Source: an uncultured Acidobacteriaceae bacterium
GTDB taxonomy: Bacteria > Acidobacteriota > Terriglobia > Terriglobales > Acidobacteriaceae
Assembly (NCBI GenBank): GCA_963709385.1
Contig: CAVPWD010000012.1
Span: forward strand, 336,989 to 400,988
Reading direction: 5' to 3'
Length of the DNA stretch: 64,000 bases
Shown: positions 1-8,793 of the stretch, piece by piece
How the letters are laid out: the number at the start of each line of letters is the position of its first letter
Numbering within the stretch: position 1 is the stretch's first letter
The notes under the pieces: generated by a model
What the model saw: only the letters and a program-made list of their open reading frames with translations
The model's database searches: none
What the model was told of the DNA's origin: nothing
Program-made: the position numbers and the translations under genes

Positions 1-921
1 CTGGGTGACCAGCAGGCGCGTACTCGAACACACAAACGACAGGAACACGACCACGGCGGCCAATCCCAGGCGCTCGCGCGCAATGCGCAGCGACATGAAC
101 AGCACCAGCATCGGGTAGAGCAGAAAGAATATCTCGGTATAAATCCGTTTCTCGTGCCGCGGTGGATCGAGCGAAATCTCCGGCGCCTCCACCTGCTTCC
201 AGGTAATTGCGATCAGGAGATTAGCGATCAACAGCCCGCTCCAGAACAAATCAAACCAAGCACCCGTTCCCATGGCTCGTCCGGGGCCGTAAAAGTACAA
301 AGCATCGACGCATCCGGAGAGCGATAGAAAGATTCCCATGCGGCCGAACAGCGCGCGGGCGTCCCGCGAGCGCGTAACCGCGGCGCGCACCACGAAGGCT
401 CCGGCAACGAAGGCATAGCCCGCGAAGTAGGGCGTCCAGACCGAGTGGGCCAGTTCGTCGGGCCGATCTGCCTTGGGCAGATAAAAGAAATACAAATAGG
501 CGGCCACGCACACCAGCACCGCCTGCACGAAATCGAGGGCGATGAGCGCATCCAGTTGTCCGGCCTCGTGCTCGGGGTCGAGGAACATGGCCATGGCCAG
601 GGGCACGAACCAGAAGATGAACAGCAGATTGTTGACCCAGGAAACGAACGGAGATGCCGCCACGTCGTTATAAACGCTCAGACTCTGCGCGACCACCCAC
701 AGGGCATACGCCACCGCGGTCAGCCGCCAGAAGGAACGCGCCAGCCCCTCGGATCGCCGTGCGGCATCGACGATCGCGTAAATCAGCACCAAGCCCACAA
801 GGCACTGCACCAGGTCCGACAGAAAAGGGCCTGGAGGTCTGGTCCCCAGCACGGTGACCACACCGATATGCAGCAGCCATAACAGGCCGGCGACGATCGC
901 GACGATGCGAGTGCGTGGCAA
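1..921 (-). CDS. integral membrane protein, N-terminal portion (rest of gene lies beyond the window start)
   Basis: The minus-strand frame is open from TTG at 921-919 down to position 1 with no stop. The translation (LPRTRIVAIVAGLLWLLHIGVVTVLG...) is a series of hydrophobic helices. The listed + ORF 445..882 is its His/Gly/Arg-rich antisense shadow. Confidence 0.45.
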   Translation of the reverse strand, partial: MPRTRIVAIVAGLLWLLHIGVVTVLGTRPPGPFLSDLVQCLVGLVLIYAIVDAARRSEGLARSFWRLTAVAYALWVVAQSLSVYNDVAASPFVSWVNNLLFIFWFVPLAMAMFLDPEHEAGQLDALIALDFVQAVLVCVAAYLYFFYLPKADRPDELAHSVWTPYFAGYAFVAGAFVVRAAVTRSRDARALFGRMGIFLSLSGCVDALYFYGPGRAMGTGAWFDLFWSGLLIANLLIAITWKQVEAPEISLDPPRHEKRIYTEIFFLLYPMLVLFMSLRIARERLGLAAVVVFLSFVCSSTRLLVTQ

Positions 922-1124
922 TGTAATTCGCCTATCTGCCGAGAATTAGAACGGCAAATTCAAGGCATTTTGTCGTAGGGAAGATTAACCGGTATTGCGA
1001 ATGGATCGGCTATCCGCCAACTGGGCGGCACACTTCGAGGCCCCAAGACTCACTAGTATCTGGCATCATGAGGCCGCTTTCACCTGACCATAGTACCCCT
1101 GTCCTCGTTACCGATAAACGGAAA

Positions 1125-1646
1125 TCAGGACCAGCCCTCGAGCAACCTTTTGAGGATTGCCACAGCCTCGCCGAGTTTGGCGAGCTCTTCGGGAGTCAGC
1201 GAGCCGAGATGCGAAGCGAGGTAGTTGATGCGCAGCTCGCGTCCCTTCTGGATCAAACGCGCGCCTTTGGCGGTAGCGCGAATCTGCATGCGTCGTGCAT
1301 CCTGGGCGTCGTCCGTGATTGTGACCAGACGGCTGCGGGCGAGTCCGGCTACGATGCGGCTCATGGTGGGCGGTTTCACTTGCTCCGCGGCGGCCAGTTC
1401 GCCGAGTGTTTTGCAGCCCCCGAACACAAGCACCGACAGAGCCGAGAGGCGCGCCGGGCCTTCGCCGGTGGCAACGTCCTGTTTGCGCACGCGGCGGAGC
1501 AGGTGAATGGCGGCGGAGTGCAGGCGGTCGGCAACGGCGAGAAGGTCGGAGTTGGGGCTGGACCGCGGTCCTGATAGCGGGGGACTTTCGATTGTCGATC
1601 GCTGATTGCCGATTGACGGATGCGGCGTGGGACTTGACTTCTGCAT
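1125..1646 (-). CDS. MarR family transcriptional regulator
   Basis: ORF 1125..1778. It has a winged-helix MarR core (...LSALSVLVFGGCKTLGELAAAEQVKPPTMSRIVAGLARSRLV...DARRMQIRATAKG...). I prefer the internal ATG at 1646 (MQKSS...), which leaves a divergent promoter gap. Confidence 0.8.
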   Translation of the reverse strand: MQKSSPTPHPSIGNQRSTIESPPLSGPRSSPNSDLLAVADRLHSAAIHLLRRVRKQDVATGEGPARLSALSVLVFGGCKTLGELAAAEQVKPPTMSRIVAGLARSRLVTITDDAQDARRMQIRATAKGARLIQKGRELRINYLASHLGSLTPEELAKLGEAVAILKRLLEGWS

Positions 1647-1653
1647 CGGGATA

Positions 1654-1672
1654 TAGTTAGCTATGCTAACTA
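1654..1672. promoter_or_regulatory. candidate MarR operator (perfect 8-3-8 inverted repeat TAGTTAGC-TAT-GCTAACTA)
   Basis: Perfect palindrome in the 49-bp gap between the divergent marR-like gene (start 1646) and the VOC gene (start 1696). Confidence 0.5.
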
Positions 1673-1695
1673 ATTCACTCGGGGAGGTCAAGACC

Positions 1696-2091
1696 ATGAG
1701 TACCGCTGCTGCCGGAATCGGAATTTCGCGCATCGGGCAGATCGCCATCAACGCCCACGACGTGGAACGCGCTGCCACTTTCTATCAGGATGCGCTGGGG
1801 CTGAAGCTGCTCTTCAAGGCCCCGCCGGGACTAGTTTTTTTCGACTGCGGCGGCGTGCGCCTCATGTTGTCGCGCCCGGATAAGCCTGAGCTCGATCATC
1901 CCAGCTCGATTCTTTATTTTGCCGTCGCCGATATTCAGGCCGCGCACACGAAGATGAAAGCCAGCGGCGTGACGTTCGAAGATGAACCACACTTGCTCGC
2001 AAAGATGCGGGATCACGACTTGTGGATGACGTTCTTTCGGGATTCCGAAGGGAACCTGCTGGGGCTGATGAGCGAAGTGGCGAAGACGTGA
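1696..2091 (+). CDS. VOC (glyoxalase/bleomycin-resistance/dioxygenase) family protein
   Basis: ORF 1663..2091. A GGGGAGG RBS precedes the ATG at 1696. The VOC-fold pattern is present (IGQIAINAHDVERAATFYQDALGL ... MTFFRDSEGNLLGLM). Confidence 0.8.
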   Translation: MSTAAAGIGISRIGQIAINAHDVERAATFYQDALGLKLLFKAPPGLVFFDCGGVRLMLSRPDKPELDHPSSILYFAVADIQAAHTKMKASGVTFEDEPHLLAKMRDHDLWMTFFRDSEGNLLGLMSEVAKT

Positions 2092-2116
2092 GTATTAAGT
2101 GCCTCCGGATAAGACT

Positions 2117-2183
2117 TGTCATCTTGAGCGGAGCGATGTCGTTCGCGAAGCGAACGACTTCGCGCAGTCGAAAGATCCCTACC
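2117..2183 (+). repeat. REP-like element (TGTCATC... family) with a 9-bp perfect hairpin
   Basis: TGTCATCTTGAGCGGAGCG... with hairpin GTCGTTCGC-GAA-GCGAACGAC at 2138-2158, between convergent genes. Related copies are at 7773-7804, 44091-44135 and 56559-56597. Confidence 0.6.
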
Positions 2184-2218
2184 TCGCCAACGACGCAGTA
2201 GCGATAGGTTTCTTCGCT

Positions 2219-2872
2219 TTACTTCGTTCCTCCCGGTGCTGCCGTCGCGCTGGGCGGCATAGTTGCCGCGCCGATGGCCTGTTGTCCGGAGGCTCCAAAC
2301 AACTCCGGATGCAGATAGTGCCCGCGTTCCTGCGGCGGCTTGTCTTCTTCTACCGGGATGCGCTCGGCGTTGGCGAAGGCGTCGTGGCGAATGCCGGTGA
2401 CCTGCCACGAAACTTTCACTAACGGCCTGCTGGTCTTGATGGTGAAGCGGTTGTTGGCGATCTCCTGCTTCACGATGGCCTGGGCAAATTGTCCGATCAC
2501 GGTGAGCTGATAGCGGAAGTCGCGGTTGAGTGCCTCGAAATACGCGGGCAGTTCGACGGTCGCTAGGCCGTGACGGGCGGTGACGATGTTGCCGTTGTAG
2601 ACATTCATCATGTCGGGCGACTCGACAAAGGAATGCGAGAGGTATTTATTCGCCGGGTCGAGCGGATCGTCGATCTTGAACGAGCCGCTGCCCTTGGTCA
2701 CCTTGCCGGTAACGTTGAGGTTGCCGTAGCGAATCCAGCGCGGGATGTCAGCCGTGGCCGCGGTTTGTGATGTTATGGGGGAAGTCGCAGGAGACACTGG
2801 AGTCTGAGCTGGAGTTGGAGGAATGAGGGCCAGAAAACTGGCCGCGGCGACGAAGCAGGTGCGCAATTTCAC
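2219..2872 (-). CDS. secreted protein of unknown function
   Basis: ORF 2219..3124. GTG at 2872 is preceded by GGAGAG and followed by a signal peptide (VKLRTCFVAAASFLALIPPTPAQ). It has a conserved-looking core (FKIDDPLDPANKYLSHSFVESPDMMNVYNGN...), but I cannot name a family. Confidence 0.6.
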   Translation of the reverse strand: MKLRTCFVAAASFLALIPPTPAQTPVSPATSPITSQTAATADIPRWIRYGNLNVTGKVTKGSGSFKIDDPLDPANKYLSHSFVESPDMMNVYNGNIVTARHGLATVELPAYFEALNRDFRYQLTVIGQFAQAIVKQEIANNRFTIKTSRPLVKVSWQVTGIRHDAFANAERIPVEEDKPPQERGHYLHPELFGASGQQAIGAATMPPSATAAPGGTK

Positions 2873-3223
2873 GGGAGATCTCTCCTTCCTGAATTCGATT
2901 GCACTACCGAACCGGAGACGGGGCCGATTTACAAATGAAATCGAATGTGCTCGCACCGACAGTACAGCCGAACGCCTACAGCCGAACCTGGGGCCGATCG
3001 GGGAGGGGACAAACCAAAAAAACTGGGCAGAATCACGGCGAGCGGGCCGCCGTCTGTCAATGAGAAATTGAGTGTAGAAGATGCTCCAGACCGCGCATTT
3101 CGACCCTGCTATCATCGCTTTCAAGCGACAGTATCCGCATCATAATCATACGTCGCGGCTCGACAAGACGACGACTTCGAAGACGACGAGATACCCATTA
3201 TTTCCGGCAGAGGAGAGGGCATC

Positions 3224-3448
3224 ATGGATGAAGCCGCAGGCGCAGGTTCGGGCGCTGGGCGCCGTAACGAAGATATCGCACTCGATCTCATGAAATTCAT
3301 CGCCATGACCACCGGCTACGGCAAGACAGCCAGCAGTGGCGGGGTTGGATTCTCCGGCGGGGGCGCTGCCGCCAAGCCCGAAGACTATGCCACGCACCTT
3401 CTCGAGCTCTACGGAAAGTGCCTGAGTGCCGTCGCCGCGAAGAAATAA
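3224..3448 (+). CDS. small hypothetical protein (74 aa)
   Basis: ATG preceded by GGAGAGGG, with no competing gene. No recognisable family. Confidence 0.35.
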   Translation: MDEAAGAGSGAGRRNEDIALDLMKFIAMTTGYGKTASSGGVGFSGGGAAAKPEDYATHLLELYGKCLSAVAAKK

Positions 3449-3510
3449 GACGGCGGAGCAGCGTGCGCTCTGCCGGCACCCCGGACGTTTTGATCGGATG
3501 GTGCGCCTGA

Positions 3511-6246
3511 ATGTCATTAAGAACCCTGATCGCGCTCCTGCTGCTGGCCGGAACCGTCCAGTTGCCTGTTCTTGCTCAGGTAAAAGCCGCCCCGAAGCCG
3601 CTTGCAGCAGTTCAGGATTATTCCAAGGAAGCCTACGTCATCCAGCGGTATTACACGCGTATATCGGCGGAGTCCGATGGGAGTGGGACGCGTGAAGTGA
3701 CGGCGGAAGTGAAGATGCTCGCCGATGCTGGCGTGAAGGCGTTCGCTGTACTCAGTTTCACCTACACCAGTGCCAACGAAGTCGTGGATGTCGACTATGT
3801 CCGCGTTCGCAAGCCTGACGGCACAATCGTCAAAACTCCGGACTACAACATTCAGGACATGCCCGGCGAAGTGACCCGCACCGCTCCCCTTTATAGCGAC
3901 GTTCACGAGAAGCATGTCGCGGTAAAAGGATTGGCGGTGGGTGATGTGCTGGAGTATCTGGTGCGCTTCAGTGTGGTGAAGCCCGAAGTCCCTGGGCATT
4001 TCTGGTACGAGTATTCGTTCCTGACAGATGCGATCGTTAACGACGAACGCCTGGAAATCAACGTTCCCGCTGACAAGTTCCTGAAGGTCGTCAGCCCCGA
4101 ATTTAAGCCCGAGATCAAGAACGAAGGCGGACGGCGAATCTACCGGTGGAACCACGCCAATCTGGAAGTGAAGGAAAAAGATCCCCGGCAGACGCCGCGC
4201 CGGATTCCTCCAAGTCCATCGGTGCAGGTGACGACGTTCACCAGTTGGGAGGAAGTGGGCCGCTGGTATGGAGAGTTGCAGAAGGCGCCCCTGGAAGTGA
4301 CTCCGGCGATCCAAGCCAAGGCTGCCGAGTTGACCAAGGGTCTGAAGACCGACGACCAGAAATTCCGCGCCATCTACAACTTTGTCTCCCTGCAATTTCA
4401 CTACGTGGGTCTGGACTTCGGTATTGGCCGCTATCAGCCCCATGCTGCGGACGACGTCTTGGGCAACGGCTACGGGGACTGCAAAGACAAACATACGCTA
4501 CTCGCGGCGCTGCTGAAGGGGGCAGGATACGACGCCTGGCCTGCGCTGATCCACGTGCAGAGAAAGCTCGATCCGGATGTTCCCTCCCCGGCCCAGTTCA
4601 ATCATGTGATCTCGGTAATTCCGAGCGGGCCGGATTTGATCTGGCTGGATACAACGCCGGAAGTCTCTCCTTACGGACTCTTGCTGACACTGCTGCGCGG
4701 TAAAGATGCGCTGGTCGTTCCTTCAAACAAGACGCCAGCCCTCATGAAAACTCCAGCCGACTCTGCAGTTCCACAGCGGCAGGAATTCAGGGTGGAAGGA
4801 AAACTTGGGTCGGACGGAACGTTTAGCGGGCATGTGGAACAGAGCTACCGCGGAGACGCCGAGGTGGTGCTGCGCGGCCTCTACCGCCAGGTCTCGCAGT
4901 CGCAGTGGAAAGAGGCGACGCAGGCCTTCTCTTCACGACTCGGCTTTGGAGGCGAGGTCGACAACGTCAAGGTCTCGCCACCCGACGAGACCGACAAGCC
5001 GTTCCAGGTTTCTTACGATTATGTGCGCAAGAACTACAGCGACTGGGACGACAAGCAGTTTACGCCGCCAATTCCGCCCATGGGAGTGGAAGCTTCCAAA
5101 GATCAACTGAAGCCACTGGAGCCCGTCGTAATTGGCGCGGGAGAAATCATTTACTACTCGAAATTCGTGCTGCCGCCCGGCTACTCGATTGCGACACCGC
5201 AGGGCGTGGACCTGGTCGAACCTTACGCCGAGTATCACGCCACGGCCGCCCTGCAGGATGGAGCTCTGATCACCTCGCGGCGACTTGTCATCAAGCAGAG
5301 CGAAGTTGCGCTGGACCATTGGGAGAGTCTCCGGGACTTCGGCAAAGCTGTCTCCGATGACGAATGGAAGTACATCTCGCTGAACGGTACGAGCGCAGGA
5401 AGCAGCTTGAGTTCCGTCCTCCTTGCCGTTCTTGACCAGAAGTTCCGCGACGCCTCCGATGCGATGCAAAAAGGCGATCGCAGCCGGGCTCAGGAATTGT
5501 TCGAGCAGATCATTGCCGCCGATCCAAAGTATCGTATGGCGCACCTGAATCTGGGCACCATCCTGATGACGCAGAACAAGACGGCCGAGGCGATCGTCGA
5601 GTGGCACAAGGAGCAAGATGTCAATCCCGACGACATGCGCTCCTTCCAGGTGCCTGCGCAATACCTGACTTACATGGGCCACAAAGACGAAGCGATTCAG
5701 GAATGGCGCAATCTATTGAAGGCGGATCCAAAGAACCACGACGCCGTTCTCACTCTCGGAGGGCTGCTCTCCGAGACCGGCAAATACTCGGAAGCTGCCG
5801 AAGTGCTGGAGAAGGCCGTTCAGACTTCTCCGGATAGTCTGAACCTTCAACTAGCGCTGGGATCGGCGTACCTGAAGACCGGCCAAACGGCCAAGGCTTT
5901 GCCATATATGCGGGCGGCAGCGGACAAAAGTTCCGACGCGATGACCCTGAATAACGTGGCTTACGAATTGGGAGAGAGCAAAACGAATCTCGACTTGGCG
6001 AAGGAGTACGCGGAAAAGGCAATCCACCAACTCGATGAGCAGTCGCTCAAGGATATAGCCGACGACGATTCAGGAACGCGGATGAGTTACCAGTTTTCGC
6101 TGTTTGAACACTGTGGGCTGGATCTACTTCCAGATGGGCGATATCGCGCGTTCCGAGAGTTTTGTGCGAGCTGCATGGCTTCTCGGACAAGATGGGATCG
6201 TTGGCGAACATTTGGGAGAGATCTACGAGAAGCAGGGCAAGAGTAA
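3511..6246 (+). CDS. secreted DUF3857/transglutaminase-like protein with C-terminal TPRs, part 1 of an apparently frameshifted gene
   Basis: Signal peptide MSLRTLIALLLLAGTVQLPVLAQ. Transglutaminase-core Cys context (GYGDCKDKHTLLAALLK) and TPR repeats. The last ~50 codons look out of frame (see finding at 6086-6106). Confidence 0.75.
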   Translation: MSLRTLIALLLLAGTVQLPVLAQVKAAPKPLAAVQDYSKEAYVIQRYYTRISAESDGSGTREVTAEVKMLADAGVKAFAVLSFTYTSANEVVDVDYVRVRKPDGTIVKTPDYNIQDMPGEVTRTAPLYSDVHEKHVAVKGLAVGDVLEYLVRFSVVKPEVPGHFWYEYSFLTDAIVNDERLEINVPADKFLKVVSPEFKPEIKNEGGRRIYRWNHANLEVKEKDPRQTPRRIPPSPSVQVTTFTSWEEVGRWYGELQKAPLEVTPAIQAKAAELTKGLKTDDQKFRAIYNFVSLQFHYVGLDFGIGRYQPHAADDVLGNGYGDCKDKHTLLAALLKGAGYDAWPALIHVQRKLDPDVPSPAQFNHVISVIPSGPDLIWLDTTPEVSPYGLLLTLLRGKDALVVPSNKTPALMKTPADSAVPQRQEFRVEGKLGSDGTFSGHVEQSYRGDAEVVLRGLYRQVSQSQWKEATQAFSSRLGFGGEVDNVKVSPPDETDKPFQVSYDYVRKNYSDWDDKQFTPPIPPMGVEASKDQLKPLEPVVIGAGEIIYYSKFVLPPGYSIATPQGVDLVEPYAEYHATAALQDGALITSRRLVIKQSEVALDHWESLRDFGKAVSDDEWKYISLNGTSAGSSLSSVLLAVLDQKFRDASDAMQKGDRSRAQELFEQIIAADPKYRMAHLNLGTILMTQNKTAEAIVEWHKEQDVNPDDMRSFQVPAQYLTYMGHKDEAIQEWRNLLKADPKNHDAVLTLGGLLSETGKYSEAAEVLEKAVQTSPDSLNLQLALGSAYLKTGQTAKALPYMRAAADKSSDAMTLNNVAYELGESKTNLDLAKEYAEKAIHQLDEQSLKDIADDDSGTRMSYQFSLFEHCGLDLLPDGRYRAFREFCASCMASRTRWDRWRTFGRDLREAGQE

Positions 6247-6790
6247 AGAGGCGGCGCATGTTTACGAACTGGCGTTGGCCGCGTCCTATGCGCCTGTGCC
6301 AAGAAGGATGGGCGCTTCTTATACCATGACCCTGTCTCCGGCGGCAGCGGGCTCTGCCCTTGCGCATTACAACGAGATTCTTGCTCGCTACGAAAAGCTC
6401 ACGGGAAAGAAACCTTCCACGGACATCCGGAGGTTGCCGACCGGTAAATGGACCCCAACTCCCGCCGAGGAACTCAGTCGTATGCGCGCCGTGAAATTGG
6501 GCAAGATGACCACGATTTCAGGCGCAGCAGAGTTCTCAATCGTGTTCGCCGCAGGCAAGGTCGAGTCGATTAGATACGCCAGCGGAGACAAGGCTCTGGA
6601 GCCGCTGATCGACAAGCTGAAAACTGTCCGCTATCCGGTGGAGTTCCCAGCGGGCAGTCCCGCGAAGATCCTGCGTCGCGTCGAACTCTCATGCCATCCT
6701 GTAGAGGGGTGCAACGCAGTCTTGATCACCCCCACCAGGGCGATTGCGGAGCAGTCTCCCGCCCTGGGCGCGTCTCGAATTCCGCAATAG
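6104..6790 (+). CDS. C-terminal continuation (TPR plus C-terminal domain) of the transglutaminase-like gene, +1 frame
   Basis: ORF 6104..6790 starts ...NTVGWIYFQMGDIARSESF, a TPR continuation of the preceding ORF. It overlaps that ORF by 143 nt in another frame. Confidence 0.65.
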   Translation: MNTVGWIYFQMGDIARSESFVRAAWLLGQDGIVGEHLGEIYEKQGKSKEAAHVYELALAASYAPVPRRMGASYTMTLSPAAAGSALAHYNEILARYEKLTGKKPSTDIRRLPTGKWTPTPAEELSRMRAVKLGKMTTISGAAEFSIVFAAGKVESIRYASGDKALEPLIDKLKTVRYPVEFPAGSPAKILRRVELSCHPVEGCNAVLITPTRAIAEQSPALGASRIPQ

Positions 6791-6802
6791 AAGCTGATTT
6801 TC

Positions 6803-7648
6803 CTAGAACAGCGCCGTCGACCGGCGCTTCCAGGACTTTCCTTTTTCTTTAGCGATATTCTCCATGTCGGCGACGTAGGCTCCCGCCTGCGTCAGCACGT
6901 GATGCAGGTCGTTGCCGATGCTGATGAAGGTGAATCCCTTCTCAAGGAACTCGCCGACGCGCGACGTACCGAACAGAAACAATCCCAGGATCACGTTGTT
7001 CTTGCGGGCATGCTCGATCAGCTTCTTCGTGGCTGCGTCGAGTTCCGGTGAAGTGTACATGTGCGGGAACTCGTACTTGTTGTAGAGGCCCATCGACATG
7101 CAGAGATCGTTCTGGCCCAGGAAGAGAATGTCGACTCCGGGGACCGCTGCGATCTCCTCGATATTCTCGATGCATGAAGCGGTTTCGACCTGCAGGGCCA
7201 CGATTCCTTCGTTGTTCCAGCTGCCCGCGTAGCCAAGCAGTCCACCCTTATTCATGCTGCGCTGTGGGAAATAAACCGACCGCGTGCCGACCGTAGGATA
7301 CTTCGCGCAACTCACCGCGATGCGAGCTTCTTCGGCAGTGTTGATATAGGGAATGAGCACGCCGTCGGCGCCCATATCGAGAGACTGCTGGATGCCGGGG
7401 CGGTCGTCGTATCCGCCGACGCGGACCAGTGACTTGGCTCCGCCGTTCGCGATGCCGCTTAGCATAGCCGAAAGTTTTTCATAGCCCATGGGACCGTGCT
7501 GAGTATCGACCAGGAGCCAGTCGTAGCCGCTGTGCGCCAGTTGCTCGGCGACGGTGGGGCTGTGAGCGTTCAGGAACAAGCCCATCTTGGGGCTTCCGGC
7601 GCGGAGTTGCTTCTTGAATTCGGATCCGGTAAGTGCGGGGTCGGGCAT
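6803..7648 (-). CDS. HpcH/HpaI family aldolase
   Basis: ORF 6803..7798. ATG at 7648 is preceded by AGGAGG. HpcH/HpaI pattern (...GYDWLLVDTQHGP...VRVGGYD...LQVETASCIENIEEIAAVPGVDILFLGQNDL). Confidence 0.85.
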   Translation of the reverse strand: MPDPALTGSEFKKQLRAGSPKMGLFLNAHSPTVAEQLAHSGYDWLLVDTQHGPMGYEKLSAMLSGIANGGAKSLVRVGGYDDRPGIQQSLDMGADGVLIPYINTAEEARIAVSCAKYPTVGTRSVYFPQRSMNKGGLLGYAGSWNNEGIVALQVETASCIENIEEIAAVPGVDILFLGQNDLCMSMGLYNKYEFPHMYTSPELDAATKKLIEHARKNNVILGLFLFGTSRVGEFLEKGFTFISIGNDLHHVLTQAGAYVADMENIAKEKGKSWKRRSTALF

Positions 7649-7772
7649 GAGGCCTCCTTGAAGTCGAATTGCGTAGTGTACCGTATGGCGCAGAAAGACT
7701 GGGGAGTGCAACGTTAATTTTTCGGGACAGTGACCCGAGGGCAGCACGCAAATTCCTCGGTTGCCGTCGCAT

Positions 7773-7804
7773 CCGCTTCGGCTCTCTCGGAATGACAAGA
7801 CCCC
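7773..7804 (-). repeat. REP-like element (GTCATTCCGA family), reverse orientation
   Basis: The reverse complement reads GGGGTCTTGTCATTCCGAGAGAGCCGAAGCGG and shares TCGGAATGACAAGAC with the copy inside mnmG. Confidence 0.5.
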
Positions 7805-7838
7805 GAACTGCGCCTATAGTTCTCCTGAGGATATCCGG

Positions 7839-8192
7839 ATGCGATTGCTATTGAATTGGGTGCTGAGCGCGATTGCGGTGTGGATTGTGTCGAAGCTGGT
7901 GCCGGGTGTGCACGTCAATGGCGCGGTGGCGGCCCTGATTGCCGCACTCGCGATTGGGTTCATCAACGCGACACTGGGAGCGCTGCTCAAGATTATTACC
8001 TTTCCTTTGACGCTGATAACACTGGGCCTTTTCTGGTTCGTGATCAATGCTCTGATGCTGGAACTGGCGTCGGCCGTGGTGCCGGGGTTTCAGGTGCGCG
8101 GGTTTGGCGCCGCGTTCATTGGGGCGATTGTGCTGAGTCTGGTGAATCTGCTGTTGAAAGCGATTGTGATGCCGCAGAAAGATCAGCACTAG
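7839..8192 (+). CDS. phage holin family IV / DUF360 membrane protein
   Basis: ORF 7761..8192; ATG at 7839. Four TM helices with the typical sequence (LLNWVLSAIAVWIVSKLVPGVHV...FINATLGALLKIITFPLTLITLGLFWFVINALML). Confidence 0.7.
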   Translation: MRLLLNWVLSAIAVWIVSKLVPGVHVNGAVAALIAALAIGFINATLGALLKIITFPLTLITLGLFWFVINALMLELASAVVPGFQVRGFGAAFIGAIVLSLVNLLLKAIVMPQKDQH

Positions 8193-8793
8193 ACGCGGCT
8201 TCTGCCGATGCCGCTTCCGAGCGTGCGGAATCCGAGACTACGGAATCCGAGACTCCCGATAGGTGAGCCGCCGCGCGAATCTTTTCCAGCGTTCTCTCCG
8301 GATCGAAAACTCCTTGCATCCAAGTGCGATACCACTGATAGCGGCGCCCACTTCGGGTTTGTACGGCGATGCTCACAGCGTCGTCCTCGGCCAGTTTCTT
8401 AACCTCCGCCGACACGATTTGATCGTAGGGGACCATCTGGAACTCATGCCCGGAATCGTAGACCAGCATAGTGGCTGTGAGGCGGAATGGCCCCACTGCT
8501 TCGAAATGTCCGGCCATCTCGACGTCAAGGCGCTTGGAGATTTCTTCGAACTTTCCGTAACGCGCCAGCTCGTGGTTCACCGGATGCTTCTCGGGAAAGC
8601 GCGCCCAGATCAGCGGGAATGCGATGAAAAACAGCGACGCTAGGCCGAAAAGCACGAACCCCACGGTGCTTGCGCCCCGGAATCCGCGGGGCCAGCCAAA
8701 CCAGGCGCAAACCAGCGCCCATCCTGCGAATACCATCCCCGCCAGCAGGAACGAAAAATTAATCGCGAGAATTTTGCGTTTCGTGTATCCCAT
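8116..8793 (-). CDS. membrane protein of unknown function
   Basis: 225-aa ORF with two N-terminal TM helices. It abuts the upstream SDR gene (stop 8794). Its low-complexity Ser/Ala tail overlaps the 3' end of the convergent gene by 77 nt. Confidence 0.5.
   Translation of the reverse strand: MGYTKRKILAINFSFLLAGMVFAGWALVCAWFGWPRGFRGASTVGFVLFGLASLFFIAFPLIWARFPEKHPVNHELARYGKFEEISKRLDVEMAGHFEAVGPFRLTATMLVYDSGHEFQMVPYDQIVSAEVKKLAEDDAVSIAVQTRSGRRYQWYRTWMQGVFDPERTLEKIRAAAHLSGVSDSVVSDSARSEAASAEAASSADLSAASQSLSTADSPDSAQSPQ

Noticed and set aside
7839-8192. The 'phage holin family' gene as a marker of a prophage.
   Set aside because: DUF360/holin-IV proteins are common chromosomal membrane proteins. 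No integrase, terminase, capsid, tail or lysin genes are nearby, and no att-like repeats were seen.
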